Shown: in pieces, positions 35,360 through 44,983 of the stretch
How the letters are laid out: every line of letters starts with the position of its first letter
Numbering within the stretch: the first letter of the stretch is position 1
Assembly: GCA_001275005.1 (NCBI GenBank)
Contig: JWZX01003269.1
Coordinates: forward strand, 1 to 64,000
Source of the DNA: Chrysochromulina tobinii
Taxonomy: Eukaryota
DNA length: 64,000 nt
Direction of reading: 5' to 3'
Notes under the pieces: model-generated
The model's database searches: none
What the model was told of the DNA's origin: nothing
Seen by the model: the letters and a program-made list of their open reading frames with translations, nothing else
Position numbers and translations under genes: made by a program

Positions 35360-36898
35360 ATGAGGCTGACTCGCAAAGCTGCGGCCTTGAAGCTCCAAAA
35401 GTTCATCCGCCGTCGAAGACTGCGGCTTGCTTGGTACCAGTTGATCAACGACCTCCGTGATTGGAATGATCTCGTCAAGCAGATCGAGGCAGCCAGGCAG
35501 CAGCAGAATCTCGTCAAGCAGACCGAGGCAGCCAGGCAGAGCAGCGCTGCTGCTGACTGGGCGGGCTTGGTGGCCGAGCTGTGCCAGCGCCTCCTCACAC
35601 AGCCGTGCCTCGCAGGCATCGTCGCGCCCGAGCCGCAAATCGAACCTGACAATCTGTTGGCGCGTGAGCGGCTCAAGTGGGCAGCCGCGCGGGCGGGGGC
35701 AGACGAGGCGGGGGGCAGTTTACTTTACGAGCCCAACTTTACTGAGGCGGAGATCGCCGTGCTGCGTACATCGATGCCGTTCGCCGAGTGGGGCGAGCCG
35801 CATGAGCGCGGGCTCGCTTACATGCGGCAGCAGCGCGACGCGGCCTTACGCACGAACGCGAGCCTCGCGCCCTCAGCCGAGATGGCAAGCGACCTGCGGA
35901 TGTGGCGCTTTCTGGTCGCGACATCCTTTCGCGCGGCGGAGGCGGCCAAGATGTATACGGATGCGCTAGCATGGCGAGCAGAGTGGCGCATCGATGCGAT
36001 GCGTGACGCGCTCGTGGAGGCCAACCCTGCCTTCTTCGGCGGCGGCGCGGCCGGGCTTCAGATGCCGCACATACATGCAGTCGATACGCTCATGATGAAG
36101 GCGCGGCCACGCACGTGGTATCGGGTGCGCCAAGGGGAGGCAGCCGGCGACGAGAAAGGTAGCGCAGTCACGAGCTACGAGCCGCTGCTGGACAAGGGTG
36201 GCAACCTCGTCTACATTGAGGTGCCCTCGGCCTTCGACGCGGCCGCCATGAGCGAGATGGAAGCCGAGTACATCGAGGCCGAGTTCCGTGCGCACGAGCT
36301 GCTCCAGCTGGTGATCGATGAGCTCTCGCGCCGACAGGGGCGCATGTGCCTCATCTTCAGGGTGCTAGATCTGCATGGCTTCAGCCTTACGGGCTCGCTC
36401 TTTGCGTCGGCGGAAGTGAAGCAGGGCGAGGCACTCGTGAAGCAAGTGGGCAAAGAAGTCAAAGATGCTTATCCGACGACGACCTTCAAAAACTTTCTGA
36501 TCAACGCGCCCGCCGCGTCCTTTGCTGGCCCACTCGTGGCGGCGCTCGTGCCAAAGCGCTCACGCGACAAGACGGTCATCAAGGGCGCCGACTATGCGCC
36601 CGAGCTGCACAAGTGGATAGAGCCCGCGAACCTGCCTCAAAAGCTCGGTGGGTCCTTGGATGACGGCCTCCAGTGGAGGGGGATGGGCAAGCAGCGCGGC
36701 GCACCAGGAGTGCGGCCCGCGCTGGCTCGCAAAGCTGCGGCCTTGAAGCTCCAAAAGTTCATCCGCCGTCGAAGACTGCGGCTTGCTTGGTACCAGTTGA
36801 TCAACGACCTCCGTGATTGGAATGATCTCGTCAAGCAGATCGAGGCAGCCAGGCAGCAGCAGAACGCTAAGCAGAACGCAGGCTGGTTCCGGGCTTAA
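35360..36898 (+). CDS. CRAL-TRIO/Sec14 lipid-binding protein with a duplicated IQ-like segment at both ends
   Basis: DLRMWRFLVA...ALAWRAEWRID, DKGGNLVYIE, VLDLHGFSL, YPTTTFKNFLINAP, IEPANLPQKLGG. Confidence 0.88.
   Translation: MRLTRKAAALKLQKFIRRRRLRLAWYQLINDLRDWNDLVKQIEAARQQQNLVKQTEAARQSSAAADWAGLVAELCQRLLTQPCLAGIVAPEPQIEPDNLLARERLKWAAARAGADEAGGSLLYEPNFTEAEIAVLRTSMPFAEWGEPHERGLAYMRQQRDAALRTNASLAPSAEMASDLRMWRFLVATSFRAAEAAKMYTDALAWRAEWRIDAMRDALVEANPAFFGGGAAGLQMPHIHAVDTLMMKARPRTWYRVRQGEAAGDEKGSAVTSYEPLLDKGGNLVYIEVPSAFDAAAMSEMEAEYIEAEFRAHELLQLVIDELSRRQGRMCLIFRVLDLHGFSLTGSLFASAEVKQGEALVKQVGKEVKDAYPTTTFKNFLINAPAASFAGPLVAALVPKRSRDKTVIKGADYAPELHKWIEPANLPQKLGGSLDDGLQWRGMGKQRGAPGVRPALARKAAALKLQKFIRRRRLRLAWYQLINDLRDWNDLVKQIEAARQQQNAKQNAGWFRA
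35370..36864 (+). repeat. Identical 139-bp direct repeats at 35370-35508 and 36726-36864
   Basis: ctcgcaaagctgcggccttg...ggcagcagcagaa occurs twice without mismatch. Confidence 0.95.
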
Positions 36899-37326
36899 GA
36901 GACGAAGACCATCCAGATTGGCTGTATGTGCGACGCCCATGGTGCAGTAGCATCGTCCATACGCGTTTTAGGCCGTTACTAACCTCACTCGTTAAGCCGT
37001 CGAGGTCGCGTTTCGGACGCCCCCGGCGTCGCCCTTCATCCGTTCGATCCAAAAGGATCGAATCCATCAGATCGATTTTTGATGTTTAGACCACGAAATT
37101 TAAGAGTTCGGTTCATAGGTCTCCCTGTGCGACATCCCCTTCAAATTCCCCCACCGCAATTCAGGGGGTCCTGCCAATGTGTAGGTAGCTTGGTAAGTTA
37201 CAAAGTTCTCTCTCTCCCTGTGCGCACCCTCTGCGGACCGTCCGACTGACGGTCTGAAACTGTGACTCAGGCCTCAGGGCACAGGGGGGGTCAAACGTCA
37301 AAGCGGCAGCGGCGCTCTTGTTCCCG

Positions 37327-39576
37327 CTAATCAAATGGGTTCCTGGTCTCGTTGTTCGCCTCTCTCGGACTCCCAGCGCCCGCAAGCGAATCTCGCGCCC
37401 TTCTCTCCTTCTCCAAGAACTCTCTCTCGGCCGGTGATAACTTCGCCTCCTTCTCGGCTGCTAATTTCGCCTCCTTCTCAGCTAATTTTGCCTTCTTAGC
37501 AGCCTCAGCCTCCTCAGCCTTCTTGAGCTTAGCCGCCTCCTTTTCAGCCTTCAAACGAGCCTTCTCGGCTTCCTTGGAGTGACTCCCGTTCCGGGCTGCC
37601 GCTGCCTTCTCAGAGTCCTCAATCTCTTCCTGTAAATACTCCGCCAGCAACGCGTCCTTCTTCGCGGACGCCGTTTGGAGCGCGAGCATCATCTGGTCGG
37701 CGGCGGCACACTTATTCCGCTCCGCCTCTAGTTGCTCGCGCAGCGACGCCAGCGCCGCATCCCTGTTCGCCATCGCCGCCTTGAGAGCACTCACGACCTC
37801 GTTGTTGGCGGTGACACTCTTGGCCCGCTCCATCTCCGCCGCGCGCTGCATCTCCGCCGAGCGTGCAGTCCAATCCGCACGCTCGGTGTCCAGTTGCTCG
37901 CGCGTCGCTCGCAGGTCGGCCGCGCTCGTCGCAGCCAACTTCTCCGCTTTCTGCGCGCGGCCTGTCGCCGCCACCAACGCCGTGCGCGCGGCCGCCGCCG
38001 CCTGCCTTGCGGCGGCGGCGGCATGCGCCTGCTCGCGCTCGACATCCGCAAGCGAACTCACCATCAGCGGCACCATCCGAGCGAGGAGTGCCTCACGCCC
38101 GGACGCCTTTGACGCGCCGGCCGCCTGGCGCTCGTACTCGGCCATGAGATTCGAAAGCGTCACCGGTAGGGCCTGCGCCTGGGAGGCATCGGTGGGCGCG
38201 GCGGCCGTTGGAGCGCTGCCATTTTGGGCCGCGTCGGCGGCGGTAATGGCAGCGAGCGCGGCGGCCGTTGCCTCGCGTGCGCGCTGCCCAAACTGTTCGG
38301 CGAGAGCGGCCACGAGACGTAGGCACAGCGCCTCAGAACGTGCCCGTAGGAGTGCGTCGACCTTTCCCTTTTCCGCGGCGAGCTGCTCGAGCAGCTTGGC
38401 CTGTGCCTCGGCAGCGGCTGGCCCATCGCCCATCGCGATGCCCTTGAAGCGGTGCAGCGCACTCTCGTGTAGACTCGCGTGTTCCTCGAGCCAAGCCGCT
38501 TCGTCGGGCGGCTTGTCTGGCGGATCCATGGCCGCGCTCGCTCCGTCGACGTACAGGCGGGCCGCCTCGTCGAGCGCCCTCCGGCACTCGGAGGCGATGA
38601 CGGCTGAGAAGGCGCTCGAGATATTGGGCAGCGCGCCGTCGTTGATCGCGTCGCAGTACTGTGCGGCGAGATGGAGCAGTGTGCGACCGGTCAGCGCCGG
38701 ACCGCCCGCGCCGAGCGACTTGGCACGTGTTCCGCCCAAGAGACGCGCCTTGAGCTCTTGGATGCCGGCGACGAAGTCGGGGTTGAGCGCGCTGAGCGGC
38801 GTCTGGTCGAGCTCTTTGAGGGCCGAGGCCGGCAGCTTTGTGCCCATCGTTGGGTGTGAAAGCGCGATGCACGAGCGCTCGGTAAAGAGCGTCCGGATCG
38901 CTGAGCGCGTCGCATTCTGCTCCTGGATGGCGGCGGAGGTGCCCTTGGAGGGCTGGAGGCACTCCTCGAGGTACGCATCGGGCGTCTGCGCCGCGCCGTT
39001 CACATCGACCAACTCGAGACTGAAGTCGCGCAGCAGCCACGTGAACTTTGGGAAGAAGGGTGCGAGCACGTCCGCGCCGCCGCGGTCGCCGCCGCCCTCT
39101 GCGTGCACTAGGATGCGCTGCGTGAGCTGCGCGACGAGCGAGAGCTGGTCGATGGCCGCATTGTCGATGGCATTCTTGGAGTTGTACACGAACGCGGACG
39201 CGAGCAGGATCGCGAGGCTGAAGATCTTGGCGTCATGCCCTTCGGTTTGGTCGATCGACTGCAGGCCCTCGGTGTCGAGCAGGAGCAGCTCCTGGGGAGC
39301 GCTCGGGTCGGTCGCGTCGGTCTGCTCAAGGTGCAGCGGCGAGCCCCAGAGCCAAATGCCTTTAGTCTTAGCCTGCACGCTGTTGCCCACGCCAAATCCC
39401 GTTCCCGCTGTGCCCGCCAGCTGGTTGAGGATGAAGCTCTTGCCAGTGCGATAGATGCCTGCGACGGCAACAACACCAACAGTGCTGTTGACCTCGCCGA
39501 GGTAGGCCTTCGCCTCTTCGGTGACGAACAGCCGATTGGACGCATCAACTTGGATGAAGGGCACCGGGGAGGCCAT
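37327..39576 (-). CDS. Guanylate-binding protein (GBP) family large GTPase
   Basis: GIYRTGKSFILNQL, TKGIWLW, LLLDTEGL, WLLRDF, long helical tail. Confidence 0.93.
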   Translation of the reverse strand: MASPVPFIQVDASNRLFVTEEAKAYLGEVNSTVGVVAVAGIYRTGKSFILNQLAGTAGTGFGVGNSVQAKTKGIWLWGSPLHLEQTDATDPSAPQELLLLDTEGLQSIDQTEGHDAKIFSLAILLASAFVYNSKNAIDNAAIDQLSLVAQLTQRILVHAEGGGDRGGADVLAPFFPKFTWLLRDFSLELVDVNGAAQTPDAYLEECLQPSKGTSAAIQEQNATRSAIRTLFTERSCIALSHPTMGTKLPASALKELDQTPLSALNPDFVAGIQELKARLLGGTRAKSLGAGGPALTGRTLLHLAAQYCDAINDGALPNISSAFSAVIASECRRALDEAARLYVDGASAAMDPPDKPPDEAAWLEEHASLHESALHRFKGIAMGDGPAAAEAQAKLLEQLAAEKGKVDALLRARSEALCLRLVAALAEQFGQRAREATAAALAAITAADAAQNGSAPTAAAPTDASQAQALPVTLSNLMAEYERQAAGASKASGREALLARMVPLMVSSLADVEREQAHAAAAARQAAAAARTALVAATGRAQKAEKLAATSAADLRATREQLDTERADWTARSAEMQRAAEMERAKSVTANNEVVSALKAAMANRDAALASLREQLEAERNKCAAADQMMLALQTASAKKDALLAEYLQEEIEDSEKAAAARNGSHSKEAEKARLKAEKEAAKLKKAEEAEAAKKAKLAEKEAKLAAEKEAKLSPAEREFLEKERRARDSLAGAGSPREANNETRNPFD

Positions 39577-40085
39577 TGAGAAATGGGAGGGTGCGACGCT
39601 TCCTCGCTTTTCCGAGCCCCTCCTTTCTCATTGTGAAAGTATTGTGAATGGGACTCACACGCTCGGAAAGGAGGGAAAGGAATCGATGCGACCACGTCCG
39701 TTGTTTGATGACTCGAATGGAAGGACGAATCCTTGATTGTACGACGCTAAACTAACTTTGTGGTCGCCCGTTGACCGTGTGTAGCATATCTCGTGATATC
39801 TCGTTGAAGTAGGTGATGGGCCTGACCAGTGACAGAGTCAATGGTGATAGATAAGGTAGGCCAACGGGACTAAGCTATCAGCGCAGGAGCCTGACGGCGG
39901 CCGCGAGAGGGCGAAGCGCAGAGCGCTTGACGCGTTGATATTTTTGTGAGGAAGTGAAGTGTGAACTTCCGGTGTGAAAGAGCGCGGAGCGCTCTTCGAG
40001 CTATGCTAAGGAGGAGATAGGTCGTCCAGAAAGCTAGTGCGCTAACACGATAGATAAATCTTCGTTGTCGCGGGAGATCCTCGGA

Positions 40086-42243
40086 ATGCGCGCGTCGTCG
40101 GCCGAGGAGCAGGAGGAGGCGCCCACGGCGAAGAAGGCCAAACACGAGGAGCAAATACGCGTGCACGCGCGAGACGGAGAGGAGGTCACGTTGTCGCAAG
40201 ATGCAGCCCGACTCATGGGCACCTTGAAAGATCTGATGGACCTCGCCACCTCCGAGGATGGCATCTATCCCATGCCCACGATCATGGCCTCGACGCTTCA
40301 GATGGTGTGCAAGCTGAACGACCCAGACTACACGTGGCCGAGCTCTGACGAGCCTTCGCTCTACCAGCTCATCCAGCTCCTCGAGGACGCCCTCTATCTC
40401 GACGCCCCCATCGCGCTCAAGCACCTCCAGCGCGCGATCGCCTCCCGACTCAACGGCAAGCGCGCTCCTGAACTAGGCGCGCTGATCGGCGCGGGTGGTG
40501 ACTTTGGCAGCGCGGAGGAGCACGCGTCGCACGCTGCGCCCGTCGACGGGCAGCGTTCTGACGAGCTTCGTAAGCGTTACAGTCGGATACGCGTTCAGGA
40601 GCTGCGCTGGAAGCTGCGCAAGCTTGGCCTCACGACCGACGGCACCAAGCCCGTGCTCATCGGGCGCCTCATAGAGATGGCGGATGCAGCGGCGTCAATC
40701 GCCGAGCCGGCATTTGTACCGGAAGATGTCGTTGAGGCGCCGCAGCAGCCGGCCAGCTCCACGTCACCGCCCGGAGCCACTGCAGCAGCCCTCGTTCTCG
40801 GCGGACGCCATGGAGGCTGCTCTGGGCCTGGTGGACGTGGCCACGTTGGCGGAGCTCAAGGGCGTGACTCGGTCTTGGCGGACGCTGGCGCAACGTGTCC
40901 TCTGCTCGCGCCTGTGCCGCCGCGACGGGCAGCCAGTACCCACACGTCTGGATGAGATCACCGACCTTGACGTGGAGCAGCTCATCGAGGCCGGCCGGCC
41001 CGGGGACGCGGCTGTAGCAGGGCGGATGCTGCCTGGGCTTTCGCGCCTCCATGGCTTCGGCTATGTGGTGGATGTGGCCGCCGTTCGGGCCGCGAATCTG
41101 CAATGCGGGATGGGCGGCGGCATGGGCGGCATGGGCATGAACCCGGCGACGATCGCGGCGCTTATTGGATATGTTGGCGCTGGGGGCATGGGCATGAATC
41201 CGGCGATGATTGCTGCGCAGATGGGCGTCATCGGCGCCGGGGGCATGCCGCTTGCCAATCCGATGATGGGCGGTGCCATGGGCGACTGGCGGCGCCACCC
41301 TTCATTGCTCCATGGTGCTGCCAAAGATGCTCTCAACATCTGCATCTCAGGCGAAGGAGAGCCCCCGTTGAGGCTGACGATCGCAGCCGTTGCCTGTGCG
41401 GGCTCAGGAGTCATTTGCGGCATTCCGGTGCAGCAACTGCGCGAGGACAGCGTCACGGTGCTCAACTTGTCCAATAGGGGGCTCCATCTGCCTGCGGCCA
41501 TGCTTGTCGCTTCTCTCATTCCTGCCACGTCGGTGCTCAAGAGCTGCAACTTGCTCAAGAACAGATTCGACGTTGAGTCAGCCAAGAAGCTCACCAAGAT
41601 GGGCGCGGAGAAGGGAATCATGCTCTCGGGCATGACGCGCGACCAGACGGTGGCCGACTTCACGAAGGAGGGCCTACAACCCGCCGACGCCATCCTGATC
41701 GCGTCTGACCTGCAGTTCATGGTGGTGGTGACCACCCTGTACCTCGCAGCCAACAGCATCGGGGAGGGTGCCAAGGCGATCGCGGAGGCGCTGAAGGTCA
41801 ACGCGGTCTTGACCGAGCTGAGCCTCGGGGCCAACAACATCGGTGTGGACGGTGCCAAGGCGATCGCGGAGGCGCTGAAGGTCAACGCGGTCCTGACCAA
41901 GCTCTGGCTCTGGGACAACAAGATCGGGGACGTGGGTGCCAAGGCGATCGCGGAGGCGCTGAAGGTCAATGCGGTGGTGACCACCCTGGTTCTGTACAAC
42001 AACAACATCGGACCAGAGGGTGCCAAGGCGATCGCGGAGGCGTTGAAGGTCAACGCGGTCTTGACCCGCTTGGACTTGGACGCCAACTACATCGGCGTTG
42101 ACGGTGCCAAGGCGATCGCGGAGGCGCTGAAGGTCAACGCGGTCCTGACCATGATCTCCCTTGGAAGCAATGATTTGGGAGATGCAGGGAAAACAGCGGT
42201 GCAAGATGCGGTGAAGGGCGGTGGATTTCAGTTGTATCTGTAG
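40086..42243 (+). CDS. Skp1-like, SAP, F-box-like and RNI-type LRR fusion protein (frame break at about 40716-40785)
   Basis: Skp1-like IRVHARDGEEV...YLDAP...GKRAPEL...DF; SAP VQELRWKLRKLGLTTDGTKPVLIGRL; F-box-like VDVATLAELKGVTRSWRTLA; 28-aa LRRs GAKAIAEALKVNAVLTxLxLxxNxIG. Confidence 0.8.
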
Positions 42244-42397
42244 ATTGTGCGAGCATGAACATGTGTGGATCGCTGTTTCGTGTCCTGTGAAGTGATTTCC
42301 TAATTTCCTAAATTTGGAAGCTTCCGGATTAGCCTCCTGCCGCCCCGCGTGCAGCTGCGGCGCTCGCCTGCCAGCGCGGAGGCGGAGGGCATGCGGC

Positions 42398-42883
42398 ATG
42401 GCGGCATCCGAGCGAGCGTCGCAGCTGATCGGGGCAGCCGATGAGGGCGCGGGTGCGGCGAGGCAGCGCACGGATGAGGAGGCGGCGAGGGCTGCGGGCG
42501 GGGAGGAGGGCATGGAGGTGACGCCCTCCACGGCGGCGGCGGCGGCGGCGGGGTTGGAGCGTCCGGCGCGCAAGCGCTATCGTAAGAAGACAGCGGCACC
42601 GGCAGCGCTCACAGCTGAAGAGGCCAGGGCTGCCGCAGAAGCCGAGGGGCTTGAGCTGGTGCCCTCTTTGAAACGGGCGGGGGGCTTCAAGGGTGTGCGC
42701 ATGCAACATGACAAGTACTACATGGCGAGGGGAGAGATCAAGGGCGAGCGGCACTTCCTCGGCAGTTTCGCGACAGCAGAGGAGGCGGCCTTGGTCTATC
42801 AGAGGTGGAAAAAAGAGGCCCGAAAAGAGGTGGAGGCGGAGGCGGCCTTGAGCTATCAGTGGAAACAACGGCGAAGGCACTAA
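42398..42883 (+). CDS. AP2/ERF-like DNA-binding domain protein
   Basis: AEAEGLELVPS...GFKGVR...HFLGSFATAEEAALVY. Confidence 0.75.
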   Translation: MAASERASQLIGAADEGAGAARQRTDEEAARAAGGEEGMEVTPSTAAAAAAGLERPARKRYRKKTAAPAALTAEEARAAAEAEGLELVPSLKRAGGFKGVRMQHDKYYMARGEIKGERHFLGSFATAEEAALVYQRWKKEARKEVEAEAALSYQWKQRRRH

Positions 42884-43038
42884 ATATGTCTACGTACTGG
42901 TTGACGGCGTACCGCCGCGACCACGGGCGGTTGTGCGAAAATCGGATCGCTCGCACTGGTGCGCGCGGTGTACTAGAGGTAGAGCGCCTTCGTGGTGAAG
43001 AGGTGAAGAGTTTATACATTATAGACAGTTAGTCAAGT

Positions 43039-43800
43039 CTATAGAATAGAACAACAGAGTGACAATATCACAATAAACGGAAGCCTAGAATGTGCTCCGG
43101 ATCGAAGTATGCCTGGGAGGCGGTGACAGAGGGTGGAATGAGGGTGGCGGCGAGGGCGGCGGCGTCGAAGGTGTTGGCGAGGGCGGCGGAGGCGAGGGCG
43201 GCGGAGGCGAGGGCGGAGGCGGCGAGGGCGGCGGTGAGGGCGGCGGCGGTGAGGGTGAGGGCGGAGGCGGTGACGGTGGCAAATAGTATCGCGGTCCACA
43301 GTCGGCGCAGTCGCCGAGCCCATGGAACACGCAACCGCAGCGAAGTGCGAGCCTGGGCCCTCATCCTGGCAGGCGCCGTTTTGGGCCAATGCACACGTGT
43401 CCTGGCACAACATCGGCGGAGGCGAGGGAGGGGGTGGAGGAGCACGCGAGCGGTGGAGACGGGGCCGCGTTGCTGGCCGCTACGGCGCTCAAGGCGGGGC
43501 CATACGCGCTCGCAGTGCGCCTCCTTGCGGGGTGTGCAACGGGGTGAGGGAGGAGTCGGCGAAGGAGGTAAAGGCGCAGGGGTCGGCGGCGAGGGAGGCG
43601 GTGGCGTAGCGGTGTCGAGTGTGGCGGCGAAGGCAGCGGCGGTGATGGTAACGGCGGCCTGGGAGACGGCGAGGGCAGCGGCGGCATGGTTGAGGCGATC
43701 TGGGAGGCAGAGAAGGCGGTGGCGATGGCGGTGGCGTTGGAGGTCGCGGTGATGAGGGTGGCGAGAGTGGCGGAGAGGGTGGCTAACAACAAGAAGGGGA
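43039..43800 (-). pseudogene. Frameshifted fragment of a Pro-rich (SPPPP) extracellular protein with a Cys-rich module
   Basis: CQDTCALAQNGACQDEGPGS and GDCADCGPR are in different frames, flanked by PPSPPP tracts. Confidence 0.6.
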
Positions 43801-43900
43801 GCACTGGTGCGCCCGCCGCTGTTGTCTTTGAACACCATCAAAAATGGGCCCGCAACAATCGGACCCTCGACCTCATACCTGATGAGCAGTCTCGATGGTG

Positions 43901-44070
43901 CAATCAGCCGCAATCAGCCGCAATCAGCCGCCTTCGGCCACCAGCAACCGCCATCAGCCGTCATCAGCCGCCTTCAGCCGCCATCAATAGCATACCCATA
44001 CAGCAATCAGCCGTCATCAGCTTCAATCAATCGCAATCAGCCGCAATCAGCCGCAATCAGCCGCCATCAA
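43901..44070. repeat. Degenerate (CAATCAGCCG)n decamer minisatellite
   Basis: Repeated caatcagccg/ccatcagccg units. Confidence 0.9.
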
Positions 44071-44074
44071 TTGC

Positions 44075-44600
44075 ATACCCATACGGCAGAAGCTCCGTCC
44101 TTGCATCGCTGATCGGTGCCACCGGCTTTGGCGGCAGCTCTGTACGCACCACCTTCTCCCTGTTCGGCTTCGGCTTGCGCAGCCGCGCCGTCTTGGGCTT
44201 CGACAGTCGGCGAAGGTCGATGCCATTACCATCGTTCGCTTACGCCTTCTCGCCTTCGCCCCAACTACGAATACGAGGTCGCGCATGACGCGCGCCGAGA
44301 GGGTTGCCGAGGCGATGGACGAGCTGCACGCGCGTGCGCTCGGCGTGACGGCGTCCTTGCGCCGCTCGACGAGCCGGCGCAGCGCCTGTGCTTGCGGCAG
44401 CTTTTCCATCGCGCGGTTGCGCTGGCTCCGGTTGAGCATGCCACCCTTTTGCCCTTGGGGCCGAGGATCGCATCTGACTCTTCAAGCACCGCCGTCCGTA
44501 GCGTGCGCCGCAGATCGGCGAGCACCTGCTCGCCGCCGCGCGCCTCGAGCACAGGATTCAGCTTCGCAAGCTGTCCCGCGGTCGCGATGAGCACTGGCGC
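44075..44600 (-). pseudogene. Possible frameshifted gene fragment of unknown family
   Basis: Protein-like segments spread over three frames (ORFs 44265, 44047 and a KPKTARLRKPKP frame); no recognised domain. Confidence 0.3.
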
Positions 44601-44653
44601 GTCCTTCTGCGCCAGCGACGTCCGCAGCAGACCTGGTTCTGTGCCTCGCAGGC

Positions 44654-44660
44654 AAAAAAA
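44654..44660 (-). terminator. Pol III oligo-T terminator of tRNA-Ala
   Basis: T7 run 3 nt downstream of the discriminator base on the minus strand. Confidence 0.85.
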
Positions 44661-44663
44661 GCA

Positions 44664-44736
44664 TGGAGAATCCGGGCTTCGATCCCGGTACCTCCCGTAT
44701 GCTGAACGGGCGATCTACCAATTGATCTAATTCCCC
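44664..44736 (-). tRNA. tRNA-Ala (anticodon AGC)
   Basis: GGGGAATTAGATCAATTGGTAGATCGCCCGTTCAGCATACGGGAGGTACCGGGATCGAAGCCCGGATTCTCCA folds as a cloverleaf, with the G3:U70 Ala determinant and anticodon stem CCCGT/ACGGG. Confidence 0.96.
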
Positions 44737-44983
44737 GCCATGATGTGTCCAACGACGTCCTTGCATCACTACCTATTCAAACTACTTTCTGAAGCCTCAC
44801 AATGTCCACTCAACTCACCCCCCCCCCTTAGCGTCCAATCTCTCGAGTCACCCTCCTGATTGACTAAAGCGCTCCCCGCACCCAAGGCCAGGGCCCCTCG
44901 CCTGCACGACCCCGTCCCCCCCTCCCCTCTGCTGCACCGCTCTCGTCCCCGTGACCCCGACTCCTTTTTGCGCTTTCACTGCC

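Noticed and set aside
37781..39454. Long antisense ORFs (also 2394-3593, 16484-17845, 23842-24984, 62748-63866)
   Set aside because: They are shadow ORFs of GC-rich genes on the opposite strand, Ser/Ala/Arg-rich with no motifs.
41767..42143. CRISPR-like constant repeats with unique spacers
   Set aside because: The period is 84 bp and in frame; these are coding LRR units.
44075..44736. tRNA-derived SINE
   Set aside because: The tRNA is intact and has its own oligo-T terminator immediately downstream.
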